Under the pieces are notes generated by a model, which was not told where the DNA came from, made no database searches, and saw only the letters and a program-made list of their open reading frames with translations. A program made the translations under genes and the position numbers. A stretch of 64,000 nucleotides of DNA from positions 64,001 to 128,000 of the forward strand of contig JAVZLQ010000001.1 of assembly GCA_038883655.1 (NCBI GenBank), given 5' to 3'. The stretch is from Candidatus Bathyarchaeia archaeon (GTDB lineage Archaea; Thermoproteota; Bathyarchaeia; Bathyarchaeales; Bathycorpusculaceae). Within the stretch, counting starts at the first letter, position 1. Every line of letters starts with the position of its first letter. Shown here piece by piece: positions 51,183-59,159 of the stretch.

Positions 51183-52688
51183 ATGATGCGTGAAAACATG
51201 CAATTCATAAAAAATACGAAAAGCATTTGCCCCGAATGCCTAAAAGTCATAGACGCTACAATATTTGAGGATGGCGGAAAGGTTTACATAAAGAAGACTT
51301 GTCCAGAACACGGCTTTTTCCAAGATGTCTACTGGTCTGATTATGAGCAGTATTTACGCGCTGAAAAGCTTCGGTATGACGGTGACGGCTTAAGAAATCC
51401 GCGTACAAAAACAGTCAATGGTTGCCCATATGATTGTGGAATATGTCCTCAACACAAGTCGCACACAGCCCTAGCCATAATCGACGTCACAAACAGGTGC
51501 AACCTAAAATGTCCAGTGTGCTTTGCGAACGCTGCAGCCGCTGGATATGTTTACGAGCCGACGAAAGAAGAAATTCGTGGAATGCTTGAAAACTTGCGCA
51601 AAAATGACCCCGTACCCGCGACTGCCCTACAGTTTTCTGGAGGTGAACCAACTGTTCGCAATGACTTGTTCGAGCTCATTCAAATGGCAAAGGAGCTTGG
51701 CTTCCGTCACGTTGAGGTTAATACGAATGGGCTTCGACTTGCCCAAAGCGTCGAATATTGCAGGGGCTTGGAAGAGGCTGGGATGAGCACTGTCTACTTG
51801 CAGTTTGACGGTTTAACGTCAGGCGTTTACAAGTTCATCCGTGGGATAGACCTTCTAGACGTTAAGATGAAGGCTATTGAAAACTGCCGAAAAGCTGGGA
51901 TCGACAGCATAGTCCTAGTCGTCACGCTGATTAAGGGCGTAAACGACAGCCAACTCGGCGACATAATACGTTTTGCAGTTAAAAACTTCGATGTTATACG
52001 CTGCATAAACGTTCAGCCTGTTTCTCTCTGTGGAAGGTTACCCCAAACTGAACGCGACAAGATGCGTATTACAATCCCAGACTTTATGCGCCTAGTGCAG
52101 GAACAAACAAACGGCAAAATCAAGGTTTCAGACTTCTATCCAGTGCCAACCGTCGTGCCAGTTTCGAAGGCTGTTGGAGCGCTTAAGGACAAAAGGTATG
52201 TGGAGTTCACTGCGCATCCTCACTGTGGCATGGCAACATACCTTTTCATCGAAAACGGCGAAATCGTCCCAATAACGCGTTATGGAAACGTGGACAAGTT
52301 TGTCGAAACGATGCGGAAAATATATGATGATGCCTCTAAAGGGAACAAAAACAAGGCGAAACTACGTTTAGTCGGAGCTTTGCGGCATATCAAATTCAGT
52401 TTCCTAAGGAAATATGTTTGGGGTGTGTTGAAAGAAGGAAGCTACGAGGCGCTTGGCAAACTGCAGAGAAAATCAATTTTACTCTCTGCCATGCATTTCA
52501 TGGACCCGTACAACTTCGACCTAGAACGCGTACAGAGATGCGTTATCCACTATGCCATACCAGATGGGCGCATAATACCGTTCTGCACGATGAACTCCAT
52601 ACATAGGGCTGAAATAGAGAAGAAGCTTGGAATGTCGATAAAAGAGTGGCAGAATAGGCATAAAGCTGAAATAATGCAGTACGTATAG
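51183..52688 (+). CDS. tes: Radical SAM tetraether lipid synthase (Tes/GDGT-MAS family)
   Basis: N-terminal CPEC...CPEHG, CPYDCGICPQH, CNLKCPVC radical SAM motif, HPHCG and C-terminal CVIHY..PDGRIIPFC..N. Confidence 0.88.
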   Translation: MMRENMQFIKNTKSICPECLKVIDATIFEDGGKVYIKKTCPEHGFFQDVYWSDYEQYLRAEKLRYDGDGLRNPRTKTVNGCPYDCGICPQHKSHTALAIIDVTNRCNLKCPVCFANAAAAGYVYEPTKEEIRGMLENLRKNDPVPATALQFSGGEPTVRNDLFELIQMAKELGFRHVEVNTNGLRLAQSVEYCRGLEEAGMSTVYLQFDGLTSGVYKFIRGIDLLDVKMKAIENCRKAGIDSIVLVVTLIKGVNDSQLGDIIRFAVKNFDVIRCINVQPVSLCGRLPQTERDKMRITIPDFMRLVQEQTNGKIKVSDFYPVPTVVPVSKAVGALKDKRYVEFTAHPHCGMATYLFIENGEIVPITRYGNVDKFVETMRKIYDDASKGNKNKAKLRLVGALRHIKFSFLRKYVWGVLKEGSYEALGKLQRKSILLSAMHFMDPYNFDLERVQRCVIHYAIPDGRIIPFCTMNSIHRAEIEKKLGMSIKEWQNRHKAEIMQYV

Positions 52689-52745
52689 AATGAGAATAAC
52701 CATAAAAACAGCGGGAAAACTTTCTCTTAATGGAAGCTGAAAACT

Positions 52746-53081
52746 ATGGGTGGAAAAAAGAAGCTTAGCCTAAAACAGATGGAACGCATGCAAGCAAGAA
52801 AGGCGGAGGAAGAAAAAGAAAAGAAGAAAAAGGAGAAAGCAGCAGCGGCAGCGCCAGCAAAAGAAAAACGCGCTTCGGATGTTATTCCTCCAGACCCAAA
52901 AAGCGAGAAGATAATAGGCGAACTAAAGAAAATGCCAGTTCTAACCCCATACACGGTTGCCACACGTTTCAACATACGGATAAGCGCGGCAAAGGACTTT
53001 CTTGAACAGCTAGAGGAAAACGGTATAGTGCAACTTGTCTCTGGAAACCACGACATCAAAATCTACAAACCAGTGGGATAG
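52746..53081 (+). CDS. rps25e: 30S ribosomal protein S25e
   Basis: MGGKKK...LTPY.VA.RFNIRISAAK.FL..LE..G wHTH. Confidence 0.88.
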   Translation: MGGKKKLSLKQMERMQARKAEEEKEKKKKEKAAAAAPAKEKRASDVIPPDPKSEKIIGELKKMPVLTPYTVATRFNIRISAAKDFLEQLEENGIVQLVSGNHDIKIYKPVG

Positions 53082-53561
53082 TTGGAGTTCCCAAAAAGAG
53101 TTTACACTTATGAAGAGGTCAAAAAGGCAAAAGAGTTAATTGACAAAGGCTACAAACACCGTTTGATAACGCGTGGCAACAAAACCTTCAAGCAAAAGGT
53201 GAAAGAAGCACTTAGGCTTATTAAAACTGCTGGTTACTACGATTTTTTGAGGACTTACATTCATTACATAATCGAGATTGATGGCTTAACCCAGCTTAGA
53301 GAGTCCGAAGCCGCAATATGGGCAAACAAGTATGCTGTTGAAAACCCCGTTGACGCGGCAAGCCTATTCATGCAAAAGGCTAACCACATGAAGGAATATC
53401 TTGAAAGCAAGCTATATTATGGAGGTAAAGCTGAAAAGCGCTCAGTTGAGAAGCGCATAGAATTCCTGGAAGCCTTAAAAAGGAAAAGCCGCAGTAAAGA
53501 AGTAAAACAAGAGTGCGAGAGGCTTCTAAAACTTTGGAGCGAAAGCTCACTAGTTTACTAG
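53082..53561 (+). CDS. Hypothetical protein
   Basis: 159-aa ORF whose TTG directly abuts the rps25e stop. No recognisable motif. Confidence 0.65.
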   Translation: MEFPKRVYTYEEVKKAKELIDKGYKHRLITRGNKTFKQKVKEALRLIKTAGYYDFLRTYIHYIIEIDGLTQLRESEAAIWANKYAVENPVDAASLFMQKANHMKEYLESKLYYGGKAEKRSVEKRIEFLEALKRKSRSKEVKQECERLLKLWSESSLVY

Positions 53562-53936
53562 TTCAACCCTAATTTTTGTTCCACTCTTAACCTTGCTGAA
53601 AATCTCAAGGTTCCTAGTAACTTTTCCAAGGATGTTAACTGGGCTGTAGGGTTGAGATTCTCCATAAAAGATGCATATAGCGCTGCCCATAGGCCAAAAG
53701 GCTATCGTACCCTTTTCAACAGTGTCCTTTGCCTTTTCCTCTCCCATCTTCACTGGAGTTTCGAAGTATACTTCCTCTTTCCAGAGGGCTGCCCTTCCTT
53801 CTATTGGAAGTTTCCTAACTATCATGTCCACTGTTCTCGGCGACAGAAAGCGCACTAACTCGCCTTCCGCCTCACCCAGCCCTTCAATTACAAACTTTAT
53901 CTTTACTCTCGAAATTGTTTTTTCCTCGGCGCTCAT
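53550..53936 (-). CDS. Cyclophilin-like fold protein (DUF369/TM1367 type)
   Basis: SPRTV..I..KLP, W.EEVYFETPV, GTIAFWP.GSAICIFYG and SPVN.LG. Confidence 0.85.
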   Translation of the reverse strand: MSAEEKTISRVKIKFVIEGLGEAEGELVRFLSPRTVDMIVRKLPIEGRAALWKEEVYFETPVKMGEEKAKDTVEKGTIAFWPMGSAICIFYGESQPYSPVNILGKVTRNLEIFSKVKSGTKIRVELVN

Positions 53937-55261
53937 TACTTTCTCACCCTTTGAAGGAAATTATCTAGCACTTGCTCAAGCGAGATTGGTCCGAGAACCT
54001 GAAGTTCGTACTTCACCCTAACAGTTGGCTTACTTATAGTTGTTACTCTTCTAAGGTCTATCGGTGTCCCGATGACCACGACGTCGCATGGCGTGCGCTC
54101 AATTGTTTCTTTTAACTCAGCTATTTGTTTTTCGCCATAACCAAGGGCTGGAAGGATTCCTCCCAAATGCGTGTATTTTTTATACGACTCCTTTATCGAA
54201 CCAACGGCATATGGCTTTGGGTTGACGATTTCACTTGCGCCAAGCCTCTGCGTTATTATTGTTGCTGCTCCATATGGCATGTCGCCATGCGTTAATGTAG
54301 GGCCATCCTCGATTACTAGGGCTCTTTTGCCCTTAACCAGTTCTGGATTGTCAACGGTTATCGGCGAGGCAGCATCTAAAACTATGGCGTTTGGATTAAC
54401 CATTTTAATGTTTTCTTTCACCCGCTTCACATTTTGTGGATCGGCGGTATCCACCTTATTTACAATAACAACATTTGCCATTCGAAGATTTGCCTCGCCT
54501 GGATGGTAGGTAATTTCGTGTCCAGGGCGATGCGGGTCAACCACAACTATGTGTAAGTTTGGTTTGTAGAATGGTATGTCGTTGTTGCCTCCATCCCAAA
54601 CTATAACGTCTGCTTCCTTCTCTGCTTCACGCAAAATCTTTTCGTAGTCAACTCCCGCATAAACTATTATGCCATTGTCAATATGCGGCTCGTATTCCTC
54701 TCTTTCCTCAATCGTGCAATTATGCTTGTCCAAATCTTCATATGAAGCAAAACGTTGACAAACTTGTTTTCTGAGGTCGCCGTATGGCATTGGATGGCGA
54801 ACCACAACAACCCTTAAGCCCTTGTTTTTCAAGATTTTCGCAACCTGCCTTGAAGTTTGGCTTTTTCCCGAACCAGTCCTAACAGCGCCAACAGATACAA
54901 CTGGAACTTTCGCCTCTAACATTGTGTTTTTTGGTCCCATTAGGCGGAAATCTGCTCCGCAGGACAAGGCTATTGACGCTTTGTGCATGACATATTCATG
55001 CGATACATCGCTGTATGCAAAGATAACCTCTTCAACATTATGTTCCTTTATCAAGGCTGGCAGTTTCTCTTCCGGATAAATTGGTATTCCCTTAGGATAG
55101 TTTGGACCCGCAAGTTCTGAAGGGTACACTCTGCCTTCTATTCCTGGAATCTGAGTGGCGGTGAAGGCAACAACCTCATAGGCGTCGTTGTTTCTGAAGT
55201 AGACGTTAAAGTTGTGAAAATCTCTTCCCGCTGCGCCCATTATAATAACTTTCCTTTTCAT
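53936..55261 (-). CDS. P-loop ATPase of the cDPGS-like family; candidate arginine synthetase (ArcE)
   Basis: IMGAAGRDFHNFN, FTATQIP, AVRTGSGKSQ, RHPMPYG, TIEEREEYE, WDGGNND and EDGPTLTHG. Confidence 0.75.
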   Translation of the reverse strand: MKRKVIIMGAAGRDFHNFNVYFRNNDAYEVVAFTATQIPGIEGRVYPSELAGPNYPKGIPIYPEEKLPALIKEHNVEEVIFAYSDVSHEYVMHKASIALSCGADFRLMGPKNTMLEAKVPVVSVGAVRTGSGKSQTSRQVAKILKNKGLRVVVVRHPMPYGDLRKQVCQRFASYEDLDKHNCTIEEREEYEPHIDNGIIVYAGVDYEKILREAEKEADVIVWDGGNNDIPFYKPNLHIVVVDPHRPGHEITYHPGEANLRMANVVIVNKVDTADPQNVKRVKENIKMVNPNAIVLDAASPITVDNPELVKGKRALVIEDGPTLTHGDMPYGAATIITQRLGASEIVNPKPYAVGSIKESYKKYTHLGGILPALGYGEKQIAELKETIERTPCDVVVIGTPIDLRRVTTISKPTVRVKYELQVLGPISLEQVLDNFLQRVRK

Positions 55262-55334
55262 AAATGGTTCCCTTCTAAAACCGTGAGGTTTAATACTACG
55301 GGTTTCATTCCATATAAACCTTAACGTGTCAGCG

Positions 55335-56438
55335 TTACTCTAGTAGACGTAAAACTGTTTCCCCTATGAAGTCTGCCTGTTCCGCTGTTACTCCTGGATG
55401 AACCGGCAAAGAGAAGACTTGTTCAGCTGCCTTTTCTGTTTGTGGGAGCCTTCGCTTTCCGAATTTTTTGTAGAATGGCATTCGATGGATTGGATTTGAA
55501 TAGTAAACCTCTGCTCCTATGCCATTACGCTTTAGCTCCACGACGATTTTATCTCTTTCTGCTCTTTTTGCGTTTTTCAACCTAACGGTGAACAAGTACC
55601 AGCTATGTCTGTATCCTTTTGGTTCCTTTGGCAATTGCAGCTTCTCCGCCTTTTCCAGTTTTTTTGCAAGTTTCTCTGCGTTCCTTCTTCTTTTTTCCAG
55701 AAATTCAGGCAACCGCTTGAGCTGAACATAGCCTATTGCCGCTTCAATTTCTGGCATGCGGTAGTTGTAGCCCAGCATAACGGACATGTATTTTTCCACT
55801 TCGCCGTGGCTTCTCATTGAACGGATTTTATCCGCCAACATATCATCATTAGTTGTTATCATTCCCCCCTCACCAGTTGTCATGTTCTTGCTTGCGTAAA
55901 AGCTCCAACAAGCAATGTCAGCGAATGTTCCAGGAGGTTTTCCCATGTACAATGCGCCGTGTGCTTGGGCGGAGTCTTCAATGACTTTTAGTCCATGTTT
56001 GTCAGCAATTTCTTTTATCGTTTTCATATCTGCTGGCAAACCGTAAAGGTCAACTGGCACTATCGCCCTAGTCTTTTTTGTTATCGCCTCCTCTATTTCT
56101 TCTGCAGAGATGTTGTATGTTTCTGGGTTTATGTCAACGAACACTGGTTTGGCTCCAAGTGCAGCTATCACTTCAGCTGTAGCTACGAAGGTGAAGCTTG
56201 GCACTATAACCTCGTCACCTGGTTTTACACCTGCAGCGGCAACTGCTAGGTGTAGGGCGGCTGTTCCAGAGTTTACCGCTATTGCGTGTTTTGCTTTTAC
56301 ATGCTCTGCATAGGCTTTTTCAAATTTTGAAACCATGGGACCAGCGCCAAGTCCATGCGTTAGAATCCCGCTTTCAAGAACCCTAATAACGGCTTTTATT
56401 TCCTCTGTTCCTATTTGTGGAGCGTTAATTGGAATCAT
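55335..56438 (-). CDS. DegT/DnrJ/EryC1/StrS sugar aminotransferase
   Basis: NSGTAALH, TFVAT, EDSAQAHG, SFYASKNMTTGEGG, GYNYRM and SLPVHP. Confidence 0.92.
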   Translation of the reverse strand: MIPINAPQIGTEEIKAVIRVLESGILTHGLGAGPMVSKFEKAYAEHVKAKHAIAVNSGTAALHLAVAAAGVKPGDEVIVPSFTFVATAEVIAALGAKPVFVDINPETYNISAEEIEEAITKKTRAIVPVDLYGLPADMKTIKEIADKHGLKVIEDSAQAHGALYMGKPPGTFADIACWSFYASKNMTTGEGGMITTNDDMLADKIRSMRSHGEVEKYMSVMLGYNYRMPEIEAAIGYVQLKRLPEFLEKRRRNAEKLAKKLEKAEKLQLPKEPKGYRHSWYLFTVRLKNAKRAERDKIVVELKRNGIGAEVYYSNPIHRMPFYKKFGKRRLPQTEKAAEQVFSLPVHPGVTAEQADFIGETVLRLLE

Positions 56439-56518
56439 GGAATCGCCTAGCCCAAAATTCTAGTACACCCTTCTATGTTAAATAATTTCGTTTTTGGCTT
56501 GCTGATAAAAATGGAAAA

Positions 56519-57160
56519 TCAGGGTTTTAAGAAGTTGTTGTTTATGGTTTTTACTCTGTTTAGGAAATCACCCATTTCCTTTTCCACTTCTTCCTTCCGC
56601 TTTGTTAGGAAATCTAGTTCCTCAATGATTTCTTGAAGCCATTCTTTTATGGCGCGTTTACACTCCTCCTCCGTCATATTCTCAAGATATTCTGAAACGT
56701 CTTTTGGTTTGCCTTTCTTCAGCAAATTTAACGGGTAATTTATTTGCTGAAACTTTGAGAATGGAAAGAAATGTCTTGTTGAACGTGGCTTCATTAGGCG
56801 CCCGCTTATTCCAGCCGATATGACATCTTCAATTGGTATTTCCGCGTCTTGATCATAAATGTACCGATGAATTCTTCTTTTCCCTACGCGTATCCCAAGG
56901 TTTTTGCTTGCGTCCACGAGTATTGTTGGTATAAGCGTGTATCCTATGTTTTTGAGGGCGAGCCAGCGGTGCATTCCATCCAGTATCACGCGCGTCTTTT
57001 CGTCTGCTATTATTGGATATTTTAGCACTCCGTCTCTGGTTATCTCTTGCTTAAGGATTTCAAGGTATAGCGGCGAACCCTTCTCATGGGGTTTTAACTC
57101 ATCTACGGGCAGCACAACCACTTTTAAATTTGCTTTTTTCTCCAGTGTTGTCGACGTCAA
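56519..57160 (-). CDS. ParB/Srx-fold protein resembling SerK/SbnI free-serine kinases
   Basis: LKPHE, PII.D...ILDGMHRW.AL and C-terminal G.LMKPRSTRHFFP, with a coiled-coil-like tail. Starts 11 nt after trpB2 with a GGTGA SD. Confidence 0.65.
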   Translation of the reverse strand: MTSTTLEKKANLKVVVLPVDELKPHEKGSPLYLEILKQEITRDGVLKYPIIADEKTRVILDGMHRWLALKNIGYTLIPTILVDASKNLGIRVGKRRIHRYIYDQDAEIPIEDVISAGISGRLMKPRSTRHFFPFSKFQQINYPLNLLKKGKPKDVSEYLENMTEEECKRAIKEWLQEIIEELDFLTKRKEEVEKEMGDFLNRVKTINNNFLKP

Positions 57161-57171
57161 TCATTTCACCG

Positions 57172-58527
57172 TCAGCGCTTGAAAACTGGAACTTCGATTT
57201 TTTCAGGTTCATAATCGACAAGTTTGCCCGATAGGAACTGCTCATACGCTGACAAATCAAGCAAACCGTGTCCGCTGTAGTTCATTGCGATAACCTTCTT
57301 CTTGTTTGTTCGCTTGCAGTTCAAGGCTTCGTCTATGACGAATTTTAGACTGTGCGCGGTTTCTGGAGCTATTATTAAGCCTTCTGTTTGCGCCAGAATT
57401 TGGGCTGCTTGGAAAATTTCTGTTTGGCTGTATGCGACTGAGCGCATGTACCCCTCATAGATCAGGTATGATATTAGCGGCGCCATTCCATGATACCTTA
57501 AGCCGCCAGCGTGAATCGGTGGGCAAGCATACCCATGACCGATTGTTAACATTTTAAGTAGCGGTGTCATCTCACCAGTATCGCCATAGTCATATGTGTA
57601 AACGCCTTTTGTAGTGTGCGGCACGGCTTTCGATTCGCAAGCAATGAATTCGGTTTCCGTTTTGCCCTTAAGTTTATCCATCATAAATGGGAAGCAGAAA
57701 CCAGCGTAGTTTGAGCCTCCTCCTATGCAACCACAAACAACGTCTGGATACTCGCCTATAAGTTCAAACTGCTTTTTTGCTTCTAACCCTATAATCGTTT
57801 GGTGCATTAGTACGTGATTCAGCACCGAACCCAAAGAATACCGCGTGTCCTCGTTTGTTAATGTGTCTTCAATGGCTTCTGTTATGGCTATGCCAAGCGT
57901 TCCCGGATGGTTTGGGTTCTCCTTTAGGAGTTTCCTTCCGAAGCTTGTTTGGTCGCTTGGTGATGAAAACATTTCAGCGCCATAGACTTGCGCTATTATC
58001 CTTCTTCCTGGTTTTTGTTGGTAGCTTGCTCGAACCATGTATATGCGGCATTTTAAGTCGAAAATTGTGCATGAAAAAGCTAATGCTGTGCCCCACTGTC
58101 CAGCGCCAGTTTCTGTTACAAGTCGCTTTATTCCCTGCGCCTTGTTATAGTACGCTTGTGCAAGCGCCGTGTTTGTTTTGTGGCTTCCAGTTGGACTAAA
58201 GTTTTCACATTTAAAGTAGATGTGCGCTGGAGTCTTCAAGTATTGTTCAAGTCTTTTTGCGCGGTACAACGGTGTTGGTCTTGGAAGCCTTAGATACGCG
58301 TCTAAAACTTCATCTGGTATTTTTATGAAGCGCTCCGTGGATACTTCTTGCCTTATCAGTTCCTTTGCGAATATTCTCTCTAGGACTTGTGGGCTTATTG
58401 GCTGCATTGTTGTTGGATCTAATGGTGGCGGTAATGGTTCTGGCAAGTCCGCTTGTATGTTGTACCATTGTTCTGGAATTTCGTCCGGGTTTAAGGGAAT
58501 GAAGCATTCTTTTGCGTTGCCTTTCAT
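57172..58527 (-). CDS. trpB2: TrpB2-type tryptophan synthase beta (stand-alone)
   Basis: IPEQWYNIQADLP, PTGSHKTN, TETGAGQWG, LGSVLNHV, GGGSN, HAGGLRYHG, APETAH and SGHG; 451 aa. No trpA in the window. Confidence 0.93.
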   Translation of the reverse strand: MKGNAKECFIPLNPDEIPEQWYNIQADLPEPLPPPLDPTTMQPISPQVLERIFAKELIRQEVSTERFIKIPDEVLDAYLRLPRPTPLYRAKRLEQYLKTPAHIYFKCENFSPTGSHKTNTALAQAYYNKAQGIKRLVTETGAGQWGTALAFSCTIFDLKCRIYMVRASYQQKPGRRIIAQVYGAEMFSSPSDQTSFGRKLLKENPNHPGTLGIAITEAIEDTLTNEDTRYSLGSVLNHVLMHQTIIGLEAKKQFELIGEYPDVVCGCIGGGSNYAGFCFPFMMDKLKGKTETEFIACESKAVPHTTKGVYTYDYGDTGEMTPLLKMLTIGHGYACPPIHAGGLRYHGMAPLISYLIYEGYMRSVAYSQTEIFQAAQILAQTEGLIIAPETAHSLKFVIDEALNCKRTNKKKVIAMNYSGHGLLDLSAYEQFLSGKLVDYEPEKIEVPVFKR

Positions 58528-58541
58528 TCTTTTCGCTCCTA

Positions 58542-58627
58542 CATGTACTTTTTTGTTCTTTTATGTACGGTAGTATACCTCTAAATGCGCGAACATATTT
58601 ATACTTTATTGCGCAAAAATGTACATG
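58542..58627. promoter_or_regulatory. Divergent promoter region with TRP-box-like hexamers and a 13/14 inverted repeat
   Basis: TGTACT 58544-49, TGTACG 58564-69 and TGTACA 58620-25. CATGTACTTTTTTG (58542-55) pairs with CAAAAATGTACATG (58614-27). TATA-like TTTATA at about 58598-58603. Confidence 0.7.
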
Positions 58628-58641
58628 AAGGAAACTGGAAC

Positions 58642-59145
58642 ATGTGGAGTACAATCAAAAAATACCTTGAAAACCACCCGGAAAGACTAAAAGTTGCGCG
58701 TGTCCTCGTAGAAAACGGACTGAGCGTAAAAAACACGAAAATATTCCTAAACGAAATTGAGATTCCTCCAATCCGTGTGGCACGAGTTGCTGGCGTAGAT
58801 AGGCGAACAGTAAACGAGACGTTGAAGGCTATTAGCGCAAATCGTGAACTTTGCCAAATCTTTGAGGGATTACGGAACGCTGGGCACTCCCTAAAAGAAA
58901 TCGCGAAGCACCTAAACTTTGGGGTCTTGGAAATAACGCCTGTTGACGCTAGAATGCCTGGCATACTTGCCAATTCAGCCTTAATATTGGCTGAAAATGG
59001 CTTAAGCATTCGTCAAGCTATTGTGGATGACCCTGAACTTTCTCCCGAGCCCAAACTTACGTTAATTGTTGAGAAGAAAATTCCAGGTGAGCTTATTCCA
59101 AAGTTTCTAAGGGTTAATGGAGTAGCTAAAGTTTCAGTTTATTAA
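58642..59145 (+). CDS. trpY: TrpY-like regulator (N-terminal HTH + C-terminal ACT domain)
   Basis: MW..IK...HP.R.KVA...GL.V...ARVAGVDRRTV...FGVLEI...DAR.PGILA...SIRQA...DPEL...PKLT.I...IPG...GV.KVS.Y. Divergent from trpB2 across TRP-box-like sites. Confidence 0.8.
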   Translation: MWSTIKKYLENHPERLKVARVLVENGLSVKNTKIFLNEIEIPPIRVARVAGVDRRTVNETLKAISANRELCQIFEGLRNAGHSLKEIAKHLNFGVLEITPVDARMPGILANSALILAENGLSIRQAIVDDPELSPEPKLTLIVEKKIPGELIPKFLRVNGVAKVSVY

Positions 59146-59159
59146 AGGCATAAACAACA

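Noticed and set aside
51183-52688. MoaA or methanopterin methyltransferase annotation
   Set aside because: The extra N-terminal and C-terminal Cys motifs match the Tes/GDGT-MAS architecture.
53070-53090. rps25e TAG immediately followed in frame by the next ORF (possible readthrough or pyrrolysine)
   Set aside because: S25e is complete at the TAG, and the next codon is a TTG start, which is common here. No pyl genes are in the window.
56462-56467. Single AGTACA (reverse TGTACT) upstream of the DegT gene, suggesting TrpY control
   Set aside because: One hexamer is expected by chance, and there is no functional link to Trp.
56519-57160. ParB chromosome partition protein
   Set aside because: No parA is adjacent, there is no HTH or GxRR CTP motif, and the KPHE/STRH motifs and trpB2 linkage fit serine-kinase-like proteins better.
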